Assembly: GCA_963787485.1 (NCBI GenBank)
Contig: CAWBDF010000008.1
Span: 23,755 to 87,754, forward strand
Reading direction: 5' to 3'
Length of the DNA: 64,000 bases
Source: an uncultured Acidimicrobiaceae bacterium
Lineage (GTDB): Bacteria > Actinomycetota > Acidimicrobiia > Acidimicrobiales > RAAP-2
Part shown: positions 48,038 through 56,258 of the stretch, piece by piece
Position numbering within the stretch: position 1 is the stretch's first letter
Layout of the letters: every line of letters starts with the position of its first letter
Position numbers and translations under genes: made by a program
The notes under the pieces: generated by a model
Seen by the model: only the letters and a program-made list of their open reading frames with translations
What the model was told of the DNA's origin: nothing
The model's database searches: none

Positions 48038-48472
48038 ATGAGGGTCTCGACGCGCGGTGATTACGCCAGCCGGGCGCTGCTGTCCCTCGCCCTCCACGGT
48101 GCCGAAACACCGACGTCGGTGCGGGACATCGCTGAGCGGACCGGACTGCCCCAGCCCTACCTCGAGCAAATCCTGCTGGCCCTGAAAGGGGCCGGGCTGG
48201 TCCGTTCCAAGCGGGGCGTGGGTGGCGGCTACGTGCTGGCACGCCCACCCGAGGAGATCTCACTGGCGCAGATCGTCTCGGCGGTCGACGGGCCCATCGC
48301 CGCCGGCGACTTCGGCGAGCCGCACACCGACGGAGCCTGCGACCACGAAGGCCAGTGTGTGCTGCTTGCCGTCTGGGCCGACGTGGGCGAGACCATCCGC
48401 ATCCACCTGCAGTCCTACAGTCTGGCCGACATGGTCGACCGGGCCCGGGGCAACGTGGCCGCGCCCGTCTGA
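48038..48472 (+). CDS. Rrf2 family transcriptional regulator
   Basis: In-frame ATG 48038 within track ORF 47873-48472: MRVSTRGDYASRALLSLAL..VRDIAERTGLPQPYLEQILLALKGAGLVRSKRGVGGGYVLARP.. Confidence 0.88.
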   Translation: MRVSTRGDYASRALLSLALHGAETPTSVRDIAERTGLPQPYLEQILLALKGAGLVRSKRGVGGGYVLARPPEEISLAQIVSAVDGPIAAGDFGEPHTDGACDHEGQCVLLAVWADVGETIRIHLQSYSLADMVDRARGNVAAPV

Positions 48473-48606
48473 GCCAGTCCTTCGTGACCCAGTCCTCGGT
48501 GACGCCGTTCGAGATGGCAATACGTGCGACCTCGACCGGTCCCTCTCCTCACCGGGGCGGCTCCTACCCTGTCGCTTTGAGCAGGGCCTCGCTCGTTCGC
48601 CCACGC

Positions 48607-49188
48607 TCACCATCGGCCGGGCGAGAGGTTCCAAAGTTCGACCACGGGTCGGTCGAGGTCCCAGCCGAGCACCGAGACCGATCCGGTATCGAGGCGGAAC
48701 AGCCGGCCCGCCACCGGGGGCAGACCCAACCAGCGCGCCGCGAGCACCCGAAGCAGATGGCCGTGGGCGACGCACAGGGTGTCACCGTCGACCTGTCTCG
48801 CCCGCTCCACCACCCGATCGGCGCGGCGGCCGACCTCGTCGCACCGTTCCCCTTCGGGCACCCCGTCGTCCCACAGGGTCCATCCGGGGCGCTCCACGCG
48901 GATCTCGGCCGAGGTCAGTCCCTCGTAGACGCCGTAGTCCCATTCCATGAGGTCTGGGTCCGGCGCCCCGTCGTACCCTGCCAGGGCACAGGTGTCGGCC
49001 ACGCGGCGCAGCGGGCTGGTCAGGACCTGCCTGAACGCGGCGAGCGTCTCGGACCCGAGCATCTGGGCCACCGCCCGTGCCTGGGCCCTTCCCTCGTCGG
49101 TGAGGGAGACGTCCGAACGACCGGTGTGGCGTCCGGCGTCGGACCACTCGGTGGCTCCGTGCCTCACGAGGACCATCCTGGGGGCCAT
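48607..49188 (-). CDS. histidine phosphatase (phosphoglycerate mutase) family protein
   Basis: From ATG 49186-49188: MAPRMVLVRHGATEWSDAGRHTGRSDVSLT..SPLRRV..VAHGHLLRVL. Confidence 0.85.
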   Translation of the reverse strand: MAPRMVLVRHGATEWSDAGRHTGRSDVSLTDEGRAQARAVAQMLGSETLAAFRQVLTSPLRRVADTCALAGYDGAPDPDLMEWDYGVYEGLTSAEIRVERPGWTLWDDGVPEGERCDEVGRRADRVVERARQVDGDTLCVAHGHLLRVLAARWLGLPPVAGRLFRLDTGSVSVLGWDLDRPVVELWNLSPGRW

Positions 49189-49392
49189 GCGACGTAGACC
49201 ACCACGGGCGCTCCGGCGGCGCAATTCACCTACGCCGGGGGTGGCCGGCACGAACAGTCATCCCCCCTGGTCCACGGTGCGAACACCCTCTTGGAATGAT
49301 CCGTGGGTATGTCCTGTTGTACTCCTCGGACCGATCCCGATTCCGAGGGAATGCGTACGACCGAGAGTGAGTGAAAAGCGTCTGGAGCGAAG

Positions 49393-50229
49393 ATGAAGAG
49401 CGCGGTGAGCACATCGGACACGTTGGGGCTGATGCTGCGTGACCTCGACCAATTCCCCATGCCCGACCACGAGCAGCAGGTCGAGCTGGCCAAGAGGGTC
49501 GTGGCGGGTGACGAGGCCGCCCGCAAGCAGATGGTGGCGGCCAACCTGCGTCTGGTCGTGCACTGGGCTCGCCGGTATCAAGACCGTGGCGTCGACATGG
49601 CCGACCTGGTCCAGGAGGGCACGTTTGGGCTGATGCGCGCCGTGGACAAGTTCGACTGGGAGCGCGGTTTCCGCTTCTCGACCTACGCCACCTGGTGGAT
49701 CCGCCAGGCGCTCCAGCGCGCCGTGCAGCAGCACGGACGAACGATCAGGATCCCGCTCGAGGTCGGAGAGCAGATCCAGCGCCTCGAGCTGACCAAGTCC
49801 GAGCTGGCCAGCACCCTCGGACGGGCGCCAACCGACGAGGAGCTCCACGAGGCCACCGGCCTGACGGCCGACGAGCGCGCCTCCCTCGAGGACGTCGCCA
49901 GGGTGACGGCTTCGCTCGACCAGCCCGCTGCCCTCGAGTCCTCGACCACGCTCGGCGACCTCGTGGCTCCCGACGAGACCGACTTCGCCGCCGACGTCGA
50001 AGAGACGATGGTTCACGAACGGGTGCGGGCAGCGATCGAGCGGCTTCCCGATCTCCAGCGCGACGTGCTGCGCCTCCGCTTCGGATTCGGCGGCGACTCG
50101 CCGGCCTCCCTCCAGTCGACGGCCGAGCGCCTCGGAGTCGGGGTGCGGCGGGTGCGGCGGGCCGAGGAGGAGGCCCTGGCAGCCCTCTCCTTCGACGCCG
50201 ACGTGCTCGGGGTGCACGAAGCCGCCTGA
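49393..50229 (+). CDS. sigma-70 family RNA polymerase sigma factor (RpoD-like regions 1.2-4, no region 1.1)
   Basis: 278 aa: NLRLVVHWARRYQDRGVDMADLVQEGTFGLMRAVDKFDWERGFRFSTYATWWIRQAL..TIRIPLEV..; region 4 is LRLRFGFGG..SLQSTAERLGVGVRRVRRAEEEAL. GGAG is 6 nt upstream of the ATG. Confidence 0.9.
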   Translation: MKSAVSTSDTLGLMLRDLDQFPMPDHEQQVELAKRVVAGDEAARKQMVAANLRLVVHWARRYQDRGVDMADLVQEGTFGLMRAVDKFDWERGFRFSTYATWWIRQALQRAVQQHGRTIRIPLEVGEQIQRLELTKSELASTLGRAPTDEELHEATGLTADERASLEDVARVTASLDQPAALESSTTLGDLVAPDETDFAADVEETMVHERVRAAIERLPDLQRDVLRLRFGFGGDSPASLQSTAERLGVGVRRVRRAEEEALAALSFDADVLGVHEAA

Positions 50230-51147
50230 TCAGGATCGAGCCCCGGCGAGGTACGACGTCAGGTCTTCGGGTAATGGAGAAGTCAACTCGACACGCGCAC
50301 CCGAGCTCGGGTGCGCGAAGGCCAAGGTGACCGCGTGGAGGAAGAAGCGCCCGGATCCCAGGCGCGTGTCGGGCACGCCGTAGCGGGCGTCGCCCACCAC
50401 CGGGTGCCCGATGGCGGCCATGTGGACCCGGATCTGGTGGGTCCGCCCCGTCTGGAGTGCGAGCGCAACCAGGGTGGACCCTCCCAGTCGCTCGAGCACG
50501 GCGTAGGACGTCCGAGCGGGTCGACCCCCCGCCGTCACCGCCATCTTGGTCGGGGTTCTGGTCGAGCGGCCGATCGGGGCTTCCACCTCCCCCCGGTCGT
50601 CGGCCACGGTGCCCGTGACCAGCGCCACGTAGCGGCGCTCCATGGACTTCGTGGCCAGCTGGTCGACCAGGGAGCGGTAGGCGCCAGCCGTGCGGGCCAC
50701 CACCAGCAGCCCCGAGGTGCCCTTGTCCAACCGGTGGACGATTCCGGGACGGTCCGGAGGACAAACGCCGGCCTCGACCAGCTTGCTCAGCTCGGGGAAC
50801 CGGGCCAGCAACCCTCCGACCAGGGTCCCCCGATCGTGGCCCGCCCCAGGGTGCACCACGAGCCCGGCCGGCTTGTCCACCACGACCAGGTCGTCGTCGG
50901 CGTGAACCACCGCGAAGCGGACCTCGGGCTCGGCGGCAACCAGCCCGTCGCCCACCTCGGGGAGCACCACCGTGAGCTGGACACCTTCGGAGAGCTCGGT
51001 GCGGCCTGTCGCCACCGGCACCCCGTCGACGAGCACGCGCCCCGTGGCCACCAGCTCGGACGCCACCGATCGCGAGACGTTGGCCATCATCGCCACCACA
51101 CGATCCACACGCATGCCGGCCAACAGCGCCGGCACTTCGGTGGTCAC
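50230..51147 (-). CDS. RluA/RluD family pseudouridine synthase
   Basis: S4-like N-terminus (AGMRVDRVVAMMANVSRS..LVATGRVLVDG), then VVDKPAGLVVHPG..GIVHRLDKGTSGLLVVA..GRTHQIRVH. Start is GTG 51147, or GTG 51198 (which overlaps lspA). Confidence 0.88.
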   Translation of the reverse strand: MTTEVPALLAGMRVDRVVAMMANVSRSVASELVATGRVLVDGVPVATGRTELSEGVQLTVVLPEVGDGLVAAEPEVRFAVVHADDDLVVVDKPAGLVVHPGAGHDRGTLVGGLLARFPELSKLVEAGVCPPDRPGIVHRLDKGTSGLLVVARTAGAYRSLVDQLATKSMERRYVALVTGTVADDRGEVEAPIGRSTRTPTKMAVTAGGRPARTSYAVLERLGGSTLVALALQTGRTHQIRVHMAAIGHPVVGDARYGVPDTRLGSGRFFLHAVTLAFAHPSSGARVELTSPLPEDLTSYLAGARS

Positions 51148-51160
51148 GACCTCTTCGTCG

Positions 51161-51613
51161 TCACCCGGCGTGCCCACGCCGCCACCCCTTCCCGCCACCG
51201 AGGACCAACGTGGCGATGACGATCACGACGCCCACGGTTACGCAGGCGTCGGCCAGGTTGAATGTCGGCCAGTAGTCCAAGGTGACGAAGTCGGGGACCT
51301 GCCCTCCGTGGCCTCCGAGCACGCGCTCGCTGAGATTGCCCACCGCACCGCCGAGGACCAGACCCGCCCCCAGCGCCAGCGTCACGGTACGGACACGGGT
51401 CACGACGACGGCGAGCACGGTCACGCCCACGCCCAACAGGGCCGTCACCAGCCAGGCCCGGCCGCTGAAGAGGCTGAAGGCAAAGCCCGAGTTGTAGGTC
51501 AGGGCCAAGCCGATGGGGCCCCAGACGTGACGGACCCGGTGGAGATGGTCCACGGCGATGTCCGTGGTCAGCCGGTCGAGCACGACGACCACAGCGGCAA
51601 TGGCGAAGGCCAT
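51161..51613 (-). CDS. lspA: lipoprotein signal peptidase II
   Basis: From ATG 51611-51613: ..VVLDRLTT..LTYNSGFAFSLF..GGAVGNLSERV..VPDFV..PTFNLADACVTVGVV. Confidence 0.88.
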   Translation of the reverse strand: MAFAIAAVVVVLDRLTTDIAVDHLHRVRHVWGPIGLALTYNSGFAFSLFSGRAWLVTALLGVGVTVLAVVVTRVRTVTLALGAGLVLGGAVGNLSERVLGGHGGQVPDFVTLDYWPTFNLADACVTVGVVIVIATLVLGGGKGWRRGHAG

Positions 51614-51627
51614 CACCCTCGGTCGGT

Positions 51628-52431
51628 TCAGCGCCGCGACAGACCCCCTGCCTTGCACGCGACGCACAGGCGGGCATGGGGAAGCGCCCGCAGCCGGGGC
51701 TTGGGGATCGGCTGGAAACACCGCTCGCACGAGCCGTAGGACTTGTCGGCGATGCGTGCCAACGCGTCGTCGATCTCCTCCACGGCCAACGTGGCCTGCC
51801 CGGACAAGGCCAGGTTGCGTTCGCGGTCGACCGTCACCGTCCCCCCTTCGCCGGACTCCTCGTCGAACTGGACGTCGCCGGGCTCGCGCTCGAGTGCCAG
51901 TGAGTCGGCCTCGGCCCGCAATGACGTGGCCTGCTCCTGATAGATGGTCCGGTCGGCCTGCAGGAGGTCCCGCACCTCGTCGAGAAACTTCGTGTCCTTG
52001 GCGTAGGGCCCCGTCTTCGGACGGACCGCGGCGGCCTTCGGCCCGGGCCCGAACCCCGACGGGCGAGCCCCCGCGCCGTTGTGCGCCACCCGGGTCGTCG
52101 CTTTCTTCACCGTTGCGGTCCTGGGGGTCGCGGGAGACCTGGAGGCACGCCTGGCCGCGGTCTTGGCCCCCGGGGCGGCGGCAACCCCTGTCGGAGCCTT
52201 CTTGGTGGTGGCGGCCTTCTTGGAGGAGGTCGACTTCTTGGCGGCGGTGGTCTTGGCGGCCGCGGCTGGCTTCTTGGTGGCGGTGGCTGCCTTCTTCACG
52301 ACGGTAACGGCCTTCTTCTTCGAGACGGGAGGCTTCTTGGAGACTGAGGCCCGCTTGGCCGCAACCTTCGCCGGGGCTTTCTTGTTCCCGGGCGCCGATC
52401 GCGTCGCAGTGCCCTTGCTCCCAGCGGCCAT
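51628..52431 (-). CDS. DksA/TraR C4-type zinc-finger protein with a roughly 130-aa Lys/Ala-rich (histone H1/HupB-tail-like) N-terminal extension
   Basis: 267 aa. The N-terminus is ..KKAPAKVAAKRASVSKKPPVSKKKAVTVVKKAATATKKPAAAAKTTAAKKSTSSKKAATTKKAP... The C-terminus has a coiled region plus YGSCERCFQPIPKPRLRALPHARLCVACK (CxxC-N17-CxxC). GAAGGAGGG Shine-Dalgarno upstream. Confidence 0.8.
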   Translation of the reverse strand: MAAGSKGTATRSAPGNKKAPAKVAAKRASVSKKPPVSKKKAVTVVKKAATATKKPAAAAKTTAAKKSTSSKKAATTKKAPTGVAAAPGAKTAARRASRSPATPRTATVKKATTRVAHNGAGARPSGFGPGPKAAAVRPKTGPYAKDTKFLDEVRDLLQADRTIYQEQATSLRAEADSLALEREPGDVQFDEESGEGGTVTVDRERNLALSGQATLAVEEIDDALARIADKSYGSCERCFQPIPKPRLRALPHARLCVACKAGGLSRR

Positions 52432-52522
52432 CGTTCCCTCCTTCGGACCAGCTCAACAGGTGGCCGGTGTTCCCCTACGACGACCTCGCCCGGGGAGCGG
52501 GCGACGATAGCGGACCGCGACA

Positions 52523-52543
52523 GACGGGGGCAACATCCCCGTC
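52523..52543 (-). terminator. candidate hairpin immediately after the divIVA stop
   Basis: gacgggg-gcaacat-ccccgtc forms a 7-bp stem starting 6 nt after the stop at 52549. No clear U-tract. Confidence 0.3.
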
Positions 52544-52548
52544 GGGGG

Positions 52549-53286
52549 TCAGATGGCGCCGGGTCCTCCCGAGAAATCTCCCGACACCGAGGCGCTCTGC
52601 AGGTTGAGCGTGGGCTGGTCGTCGTCGGCCTCCGAGACGGGGGCCGGCGCCGGCGCCGCCTTGGGCCTGACGCCCATGAGGGAGTTGGCGGGTTGGACGT
52701 TCTCGTCGACCCAATTGAGGATCTCGGTCAGGGCGCCGCGCAGTCGGTTGCGCTCCGACTCGAGGTGACGGGCCATGCTCTCGACGTCCGTGGCCAGCTC
52801 GGTACGGGTCGCCTCCAGGCGAGTCACCTCCTGGCGGAGCTTCTGGTGGGTCTCGGCCTGCAGTTGGGCAGCCGTCGCTTCGGCGGCCGTCACGGTCGTG
52901 CGCGCCGTCTCCTCGGCCTGGGCGATCACCGCCGCCGCCTCCGCCTCGCTCTCCCGCTTGGTCTGGTCGACGAACTTCTGCGCCAGCAGGAGTGTGCGCT
53001 GCAACGTCTCGTCCGACAGGGTCGCCGCGTCGGCGGCCGCCCCGGCCTCGACCACGCTCGGTGCCGGCGCAGCGCGCTTCTCGCGCTCGAGTTGCGCGAT
53101 CCGCTCACTCGCCTGGCGCAACCGCTCGTTGAGCTGACGGACATGCTCCTGGAGCCCTTCGGCTTCCTGCGCCGCCTTGTCGAGGTACTCGTCGACCTCG
53201 TCGACGTTGTACCCCTTGAGCCCGAGGCGAAACTCCACCGTGCGCAGCGTGTCGAGGATCGAGGCGGGAGCTTGGGAGTTGTCCAT
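52549..53286 (-). CDS. divIVA: DivIVA/Wag31 cell-pole organising protein
   Basis: 245 aa: ..LDTLRTVEFRLGLKGYNVDEVDEYLDKAAQE.. (DivIVA N-terminal domain) followed by coiled-coil sequence. Confidence 0.9.
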   Translation of the reverse strand: MDNSQAPASILDTLRTVEFRLGLKGYNVDEVDEYLDKAAQEAEGLQEHVRQLNERLRQASERIAQLEREKRAAPAPSVVEAGAAADAATLSDETLQRTLLLAQKFVDQTKRESEAEAAAVIAQAEETARTTVTAAEATAAQLQAETHQKLRQEVTRLEATRTELATDVESMARHLESERNRLRGALTEILNWVDENVQPANSLMGVRPKAAPAPAPVSEADDDQPTLNLQSASVSGDFSGGPGAI

Positions 53287-53294
53287 GGAGCCCG

Positions 53295-53300
53295 AGTCTA
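53295..53300 (-). promoter_or_regulatory. candidate -10 hexamer TAGACT, 8 nt upstream of the divIVA ATG (leaderless-type)
   Basis: Minus strand reads gtggtTAGACTcgggctccATG. Confidence 0.35.
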
Positions 53301-53323
53301 ACCACGCCCCATTCGGAGGTCGA

Positions 53324-53581
53324 TCAATGCAGCAGGACCGGAATCAGCACGAACTGTGCGACCAGGATCACGATGAGGAAGGAGAAGTCGAGCCCGCCCA
53401 TCGGTCGGATGAAACGGCGGACCGGCCGCAAGACCGGCTCGACCAGCTGCGAGAGAACGTACTGGATGCGAGCCAGCGTCGTGCCGGGCTGGACCCGGAA
53501 CCAGCTCAAGATGGCGTAGGGGAACATGACCAGCCAGATGTAGGCCTCGATCAGCCACGCCAGGAGATGGAAGATGCTCAC
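53324..53581 (-). CDS. yggT: YggT family membrane protein
   Basis: 85 aa, two TM segments: ..YIWLVMFPYAILSWF..LVEPVLRPVRRFIRPMGGLDFSFLIVIL. Position is between sepF and divIVA. Confidence 0.88.
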   Translation of the reverse strand: MSIFHLLAWLIEAYIWLVMFPYAILSWFRVQPGTTLARIQYVLSQLVEPVLRPVRRFIRPMGGLDFSFLIVILVAQFVLIPVLLH

Positions 53582-53614
53582 CGACCAGGGAGGGTAGCGG
53601 GCGTACCGTGGCGC

Positions 53615-54205
53615 CTAGTCGCGCCCGAAGCCACGCTCCACCAGCCGCTGGCGCTCCTCGTCGGAGACCTTCACGTTGGTGGGCGCCAGAAGGAAGACCT
53701 GGTCCGCCACTTTTTCCATTTCCCCGCTCAGCGCGTAGGTGACGCCGCTGCAGAAGTCGATCATGCGCCGCTGCAGATCGCGGTCGGCCATCTGGAGGTT
53801 CACGATGACGGGGCGATTGTCCTTCAGGCGGTCGGCGATGTCCTTGGCGTCGCCGAACCGCGAAGGGGCCACGACGTGGACCCGGCCCGAGGAAGAAGGG
53901 GCTGAGCCCGACGGCGTGATGGTGGGATCGACGGGCACCGCCCGCACCTGGGCGGCCGGCCGTGAAGGCACGCTGCCCCCCGACGGCCTCGACTGGCTGG
54001 GGACGGCGGACTCTCGCGGGATGGTGCGCACCCTGCTCATGCCTCCGCTGAACTCCTCGGGCTGGTCGTAGTCCGAGGTGCTGGGCTCGACCCGTGTGGC
54101 CGAGGTGAACTGCCGGGGCGCCCGGTCCAGGTCGTCGTACTCGTCGTACTCGTCGTCGAGCAAACCCAGATACACCATGGTTTTCTTCATGAATGAGGGT
54201 GCCAT
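53615..54205 (-). CDS. sepF: cell division protein SepF
   Basis: ..MKKTMVYLGLLDDE..(disordered linker)..VHVVAPSRFGDAKDIADRLKDNRPVIVNLQ..QRRMIDFCSGVTYALSGEMEKVADQVFLLAPTNV. ATG 54205 has GGAGAAGG upstream; ATG 54190 is the alternative. Confidence 0.9.
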   Translation of the reverse strand: MAPSFMKKTMVYLGLLDDEYDEYDDLDRAPRQFTSATRVEPSTSDYDQPEEFSGGMSRVRTIPRESAVPSQSRPSGGSVPSRPAAQVRAVPVDPTITPSGSAPSSSGRVHVVAPSRFGDAKDIADRLKDNRPVIVNLQMADRDLQRRMIDFCSGVTYALSGEMEKVADQVFLLAPTNVKVSDEERQRLVERGFGRD

Positions 54206-54266
54206 ACCTTCTCCTGTCACATGACAGCGTAGTGCCTGCTCGCCACGCTGGCGGGGGACGCCACCA

Positions 54267-54917
54267 TCACGCGGCCGGGGCCCGAGGACGCTCTCCGAAC
54301 AGGGCGCGACCCACCCGAACCATGGTCGATCCGGTCGCCACGGCGATCTCGAGGTCGTCGCTCATGCCCATGGAGCGCTCGTCGAGTTCCAGTTCGTCGG
54401 CCAATCGCCGCACCGTCTCGAATGACTCGGTGGCGGCGGCCGGACCCGGTGCCGCCACCGTCATGAGCCCCCGCACGTGGAGCCCGAGGTGGCCCAGGTG
54501 CGCCACCAACGCCGGGGCTTCCGACGGCGAGCAGCCGTTGCGGCCGGGCAGGCCGGTCGTGTCCACCTGGACCAGCACCTGGGCCCCCGGGGCGAAGCGG
54601 GCGATGCGCTCCCCCTCGGCCCGCCGCGCCACGCTCTGCCAGAGGGTCACGACCGGGGCCAATTCGGCCACCTTGTTGCGCTGGACGGCCCCGAGGAAGT
54701 GCCACGCCGGCCCTCCCGGCTCGCCGTTGCCCACCGCCACCGCCTTGGCCACCAGCTCGGTCGCGTAGTTCTCCCCCAGGTCCGAGAGCCCGGCCTCCCA
54801 CACGGCCCGCGCCGCCTCGGGCCCAAAGCCCTTGGTCACACCGACGATGCAGACCCGGGTGACATCGCCGCCAGCGTCCGCGATGCGGTGGCGCACCGCC
54901 GTCAGACGGCGCGCCAC
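54267..54917 (-). CDS. yggS: YggS family pyridoxal-phosphate homeostasis protein
   Basis: From GTG 54915-54917: ..VCIVGVTKGFGPEAARAV..GLSDLGENYATEL..WHFLGAVQRNKV..LMTVAA..SMGMSDDLEIAV..GSTMVRVGRALFG. Confidence 0.88.
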   Translation of the reverse strand: MARRLTAVRHRIADAGGDVTRVCIVGVTKGFGPEAARAVWEAGLSDLGENYATELVAKAVAVGNGEPGGPAWHFLGAVQRNKVAELAPVVTLWQSVARRAEGERIARFAPGAQVLVQVDTTGLPGRNGCSPSEAPALVAHLGHLGLHVRGLMTVAAPGPAAATESFETVRRLADELELDERSMGMSDDLEIAVATGSTMVRVGRALFGERPRAPAA

Positions 54918-54927
54918 CTCGTCCGCT

Positions 54928-56034
54928 TCAGCGAAGGAAGGAGGGGACGTCGAAATCGTCGTCACCGAGGTCGAACTCCTGGTCCGACCCGGTGGCGTCA
55001 GCGAAGATGTCCACCGGCTCCGGAGTGGCGAAGATGGAAGACGCCAGCTCCGACGATCTGGAGGAGCCCGTGCCCTCGTCCCAGCGTTCGAAGCCGGCTG
55101 CAATGACGGTCACCCGGACCTCGTCGCCCATGGCGTCGTCGATCACCGCACCGAAGATGATGTTGGCATCGGGGTGCGCCACGCCATGGATGATCTCGGC
55201 CGCCTCGTTGACCTCGAAGAGGCCGAGATCCGAACCGCCGGCGATGTTGAGGACCATGCCCCGAGCGCCTTCGATGGACGCTTCGAGCAGGGGCGACGTG
55301 ATTGCCGCCCGGGCGGCGTTGGCCGCCCGGCCCTCGCCGATCGACGACCCGATGCCCATGATGGCCGTTCCCACGTTGGTCATGACCATCTTGACGTCGG
55401 CGAAGTCGGTGTTGATCAGCCCGGGCACGGTGATGAGGTCGGTGATGCCCCGCACGCCCTGAAGGAGGACCTCGTCGGCCATCTTGAAGGCGTTGACCAT
55501 GCTCGTCTTGTCGTTCGACACCGTGAGCAGGCGGTCGTTCGGGATCACGATGAGCGTGTCCACCTTCTCCTTGAGGATCTGGATCCCCTTCTCCGCCTGC
55601 ATGGCCCGACGTCGGCCCTCGAAAGTGAAAGGCCTGGTCACCACCCCGATGGTGAGGGCACCCAGGCCCTTGGCGATCTCGGCGAAGACCGGGGCCGCCC
55701 CGGTGCCGGTGCCACCACCTTTCCCGGCGGTGATGAAGACCATGTCCGCGCCCTGGAGTGCCTCTTCGATCTCGACCCGGTGCTCCTCGGCAGCCTGGCG
55801 GCCCACTTCGGGGTCGCTCCCGGCCCCCAGCCCGCGTGTGAGTTGGCGGCCGATGTCGAGCTTCAGGTCGGCGTCGCTCATGAGCAGCGCTTGGGCGTCG
55901 GTGTTGGCCGCGATGAACTCGACGTTGCGCAGCCCCGAGTCGATCATTCGGTTGACGGCGTTGACACCTCCGCCGCCGACGCCGACCACCTTGATCACTG
56001 CCAGGTAATTCCCCTGGGATGGAACGGTCGTCAT
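54928..56034 (-). CDS. ftsZ: cell division GTPase FtsZ
   Basis: From ATG 56032-56034: ..[51 protein letters not shown]..; C-terminal [18 protein letters not shown] Shine-Dalgarno upstream. Confidence 0.98.
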   Translation of the reverse strand: MTTVPSQGNYLAVIKVVGVGGGGVNAVNRMIDSGLRNVEFIAANTDAQALLMSDADLKLDIGRQLTRGLGAGSDPEVGRQAAEEHRVEIEEALQGADMVFITAGKGGGTGTGAAPVFAEIAKGLGALTIGVVTRPFTFEGRRRAMQAEKGIQILKEKVDTLIVIPNDRLLTVSNDKTSMVNAFKMADEVLLQGVRGITDLITVPGLINTDFADVKMVMTNVGTAIMGIGSSIGEGRAANAARAAITSPLLEASIEGARGMVLNIAGGSDLGLFEVNEAAEIIHGVAHPDANIIFGAVIDDAMGDEVRVTVIAAGFERWDEGTGSSRSSELASSIFATPEPVDIFADATGSDQEFDLGDDDFDVPSFLR

Positions 56035-56171
56035 GCACTCCCTCGTATTCGGGCCGATCGCCGACCGGTCAGCCGCAGCTTCGTCCCCGCCGCCACCGGG
56101 GACGCGTGAGCTTGAAGCCATCCCTGAACCTTTGGGGAAGGTTGACGTTCACAGTGCGGCAACGTGGCCAC

Positions 56172-56201
56172 ACCATAAGGGCGGCCGTTCGGGCTGGTCA
56201 A
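56172..56201 (-). promoter_or_regulatory. candidate ftsZ promoter TTGACC-N18-TATGGT in the 224-bp ftsQ-ftsZ spacer
   Basis: Minus strand reads gatgcTTGACCagcccgaacggccgccctTATGGTgtgg, about 135 nt upstream of the ftsZ ATG. Confidence 0.3.
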
Positions 56202-56258
56202 GCATCCGCCCGCGGGCTGGTTCCGGCCTGGCCGGCGGTACCCCCTTGGGCCCCCGGA

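Noticed and set aside
48473-48606. Bidirectional terminator between rrf2 and the histidine phosphatase gene.
   Set aside because: Only weak 4-5-bp stems were found (ccggt..accgg, gagc..gctc). This is not convincing enough to annotate.
52080-52400. Repetitive cttcttgg/ggcggc DNA that at first glance looks like a tandem-repeat or CRISPR-like array.
   Set aside because: It is the antisense of the Lys/Ala-rich coding tract of the DksA-like gene. The repeats are short, imperfect and in frame, with no spacer/repeat periodicity.
56142-56170. Plus-strand TTGACG hexamer in the ftsQ-ftsZ spacer as a -35 element.
   Set aside because: No acceptable -10 lies at 16-19 nt (tggcca), and it would drive transcription antisense into ftsQ. 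The minus-strand TTGACC-N18-TATGGT is the better candidate.
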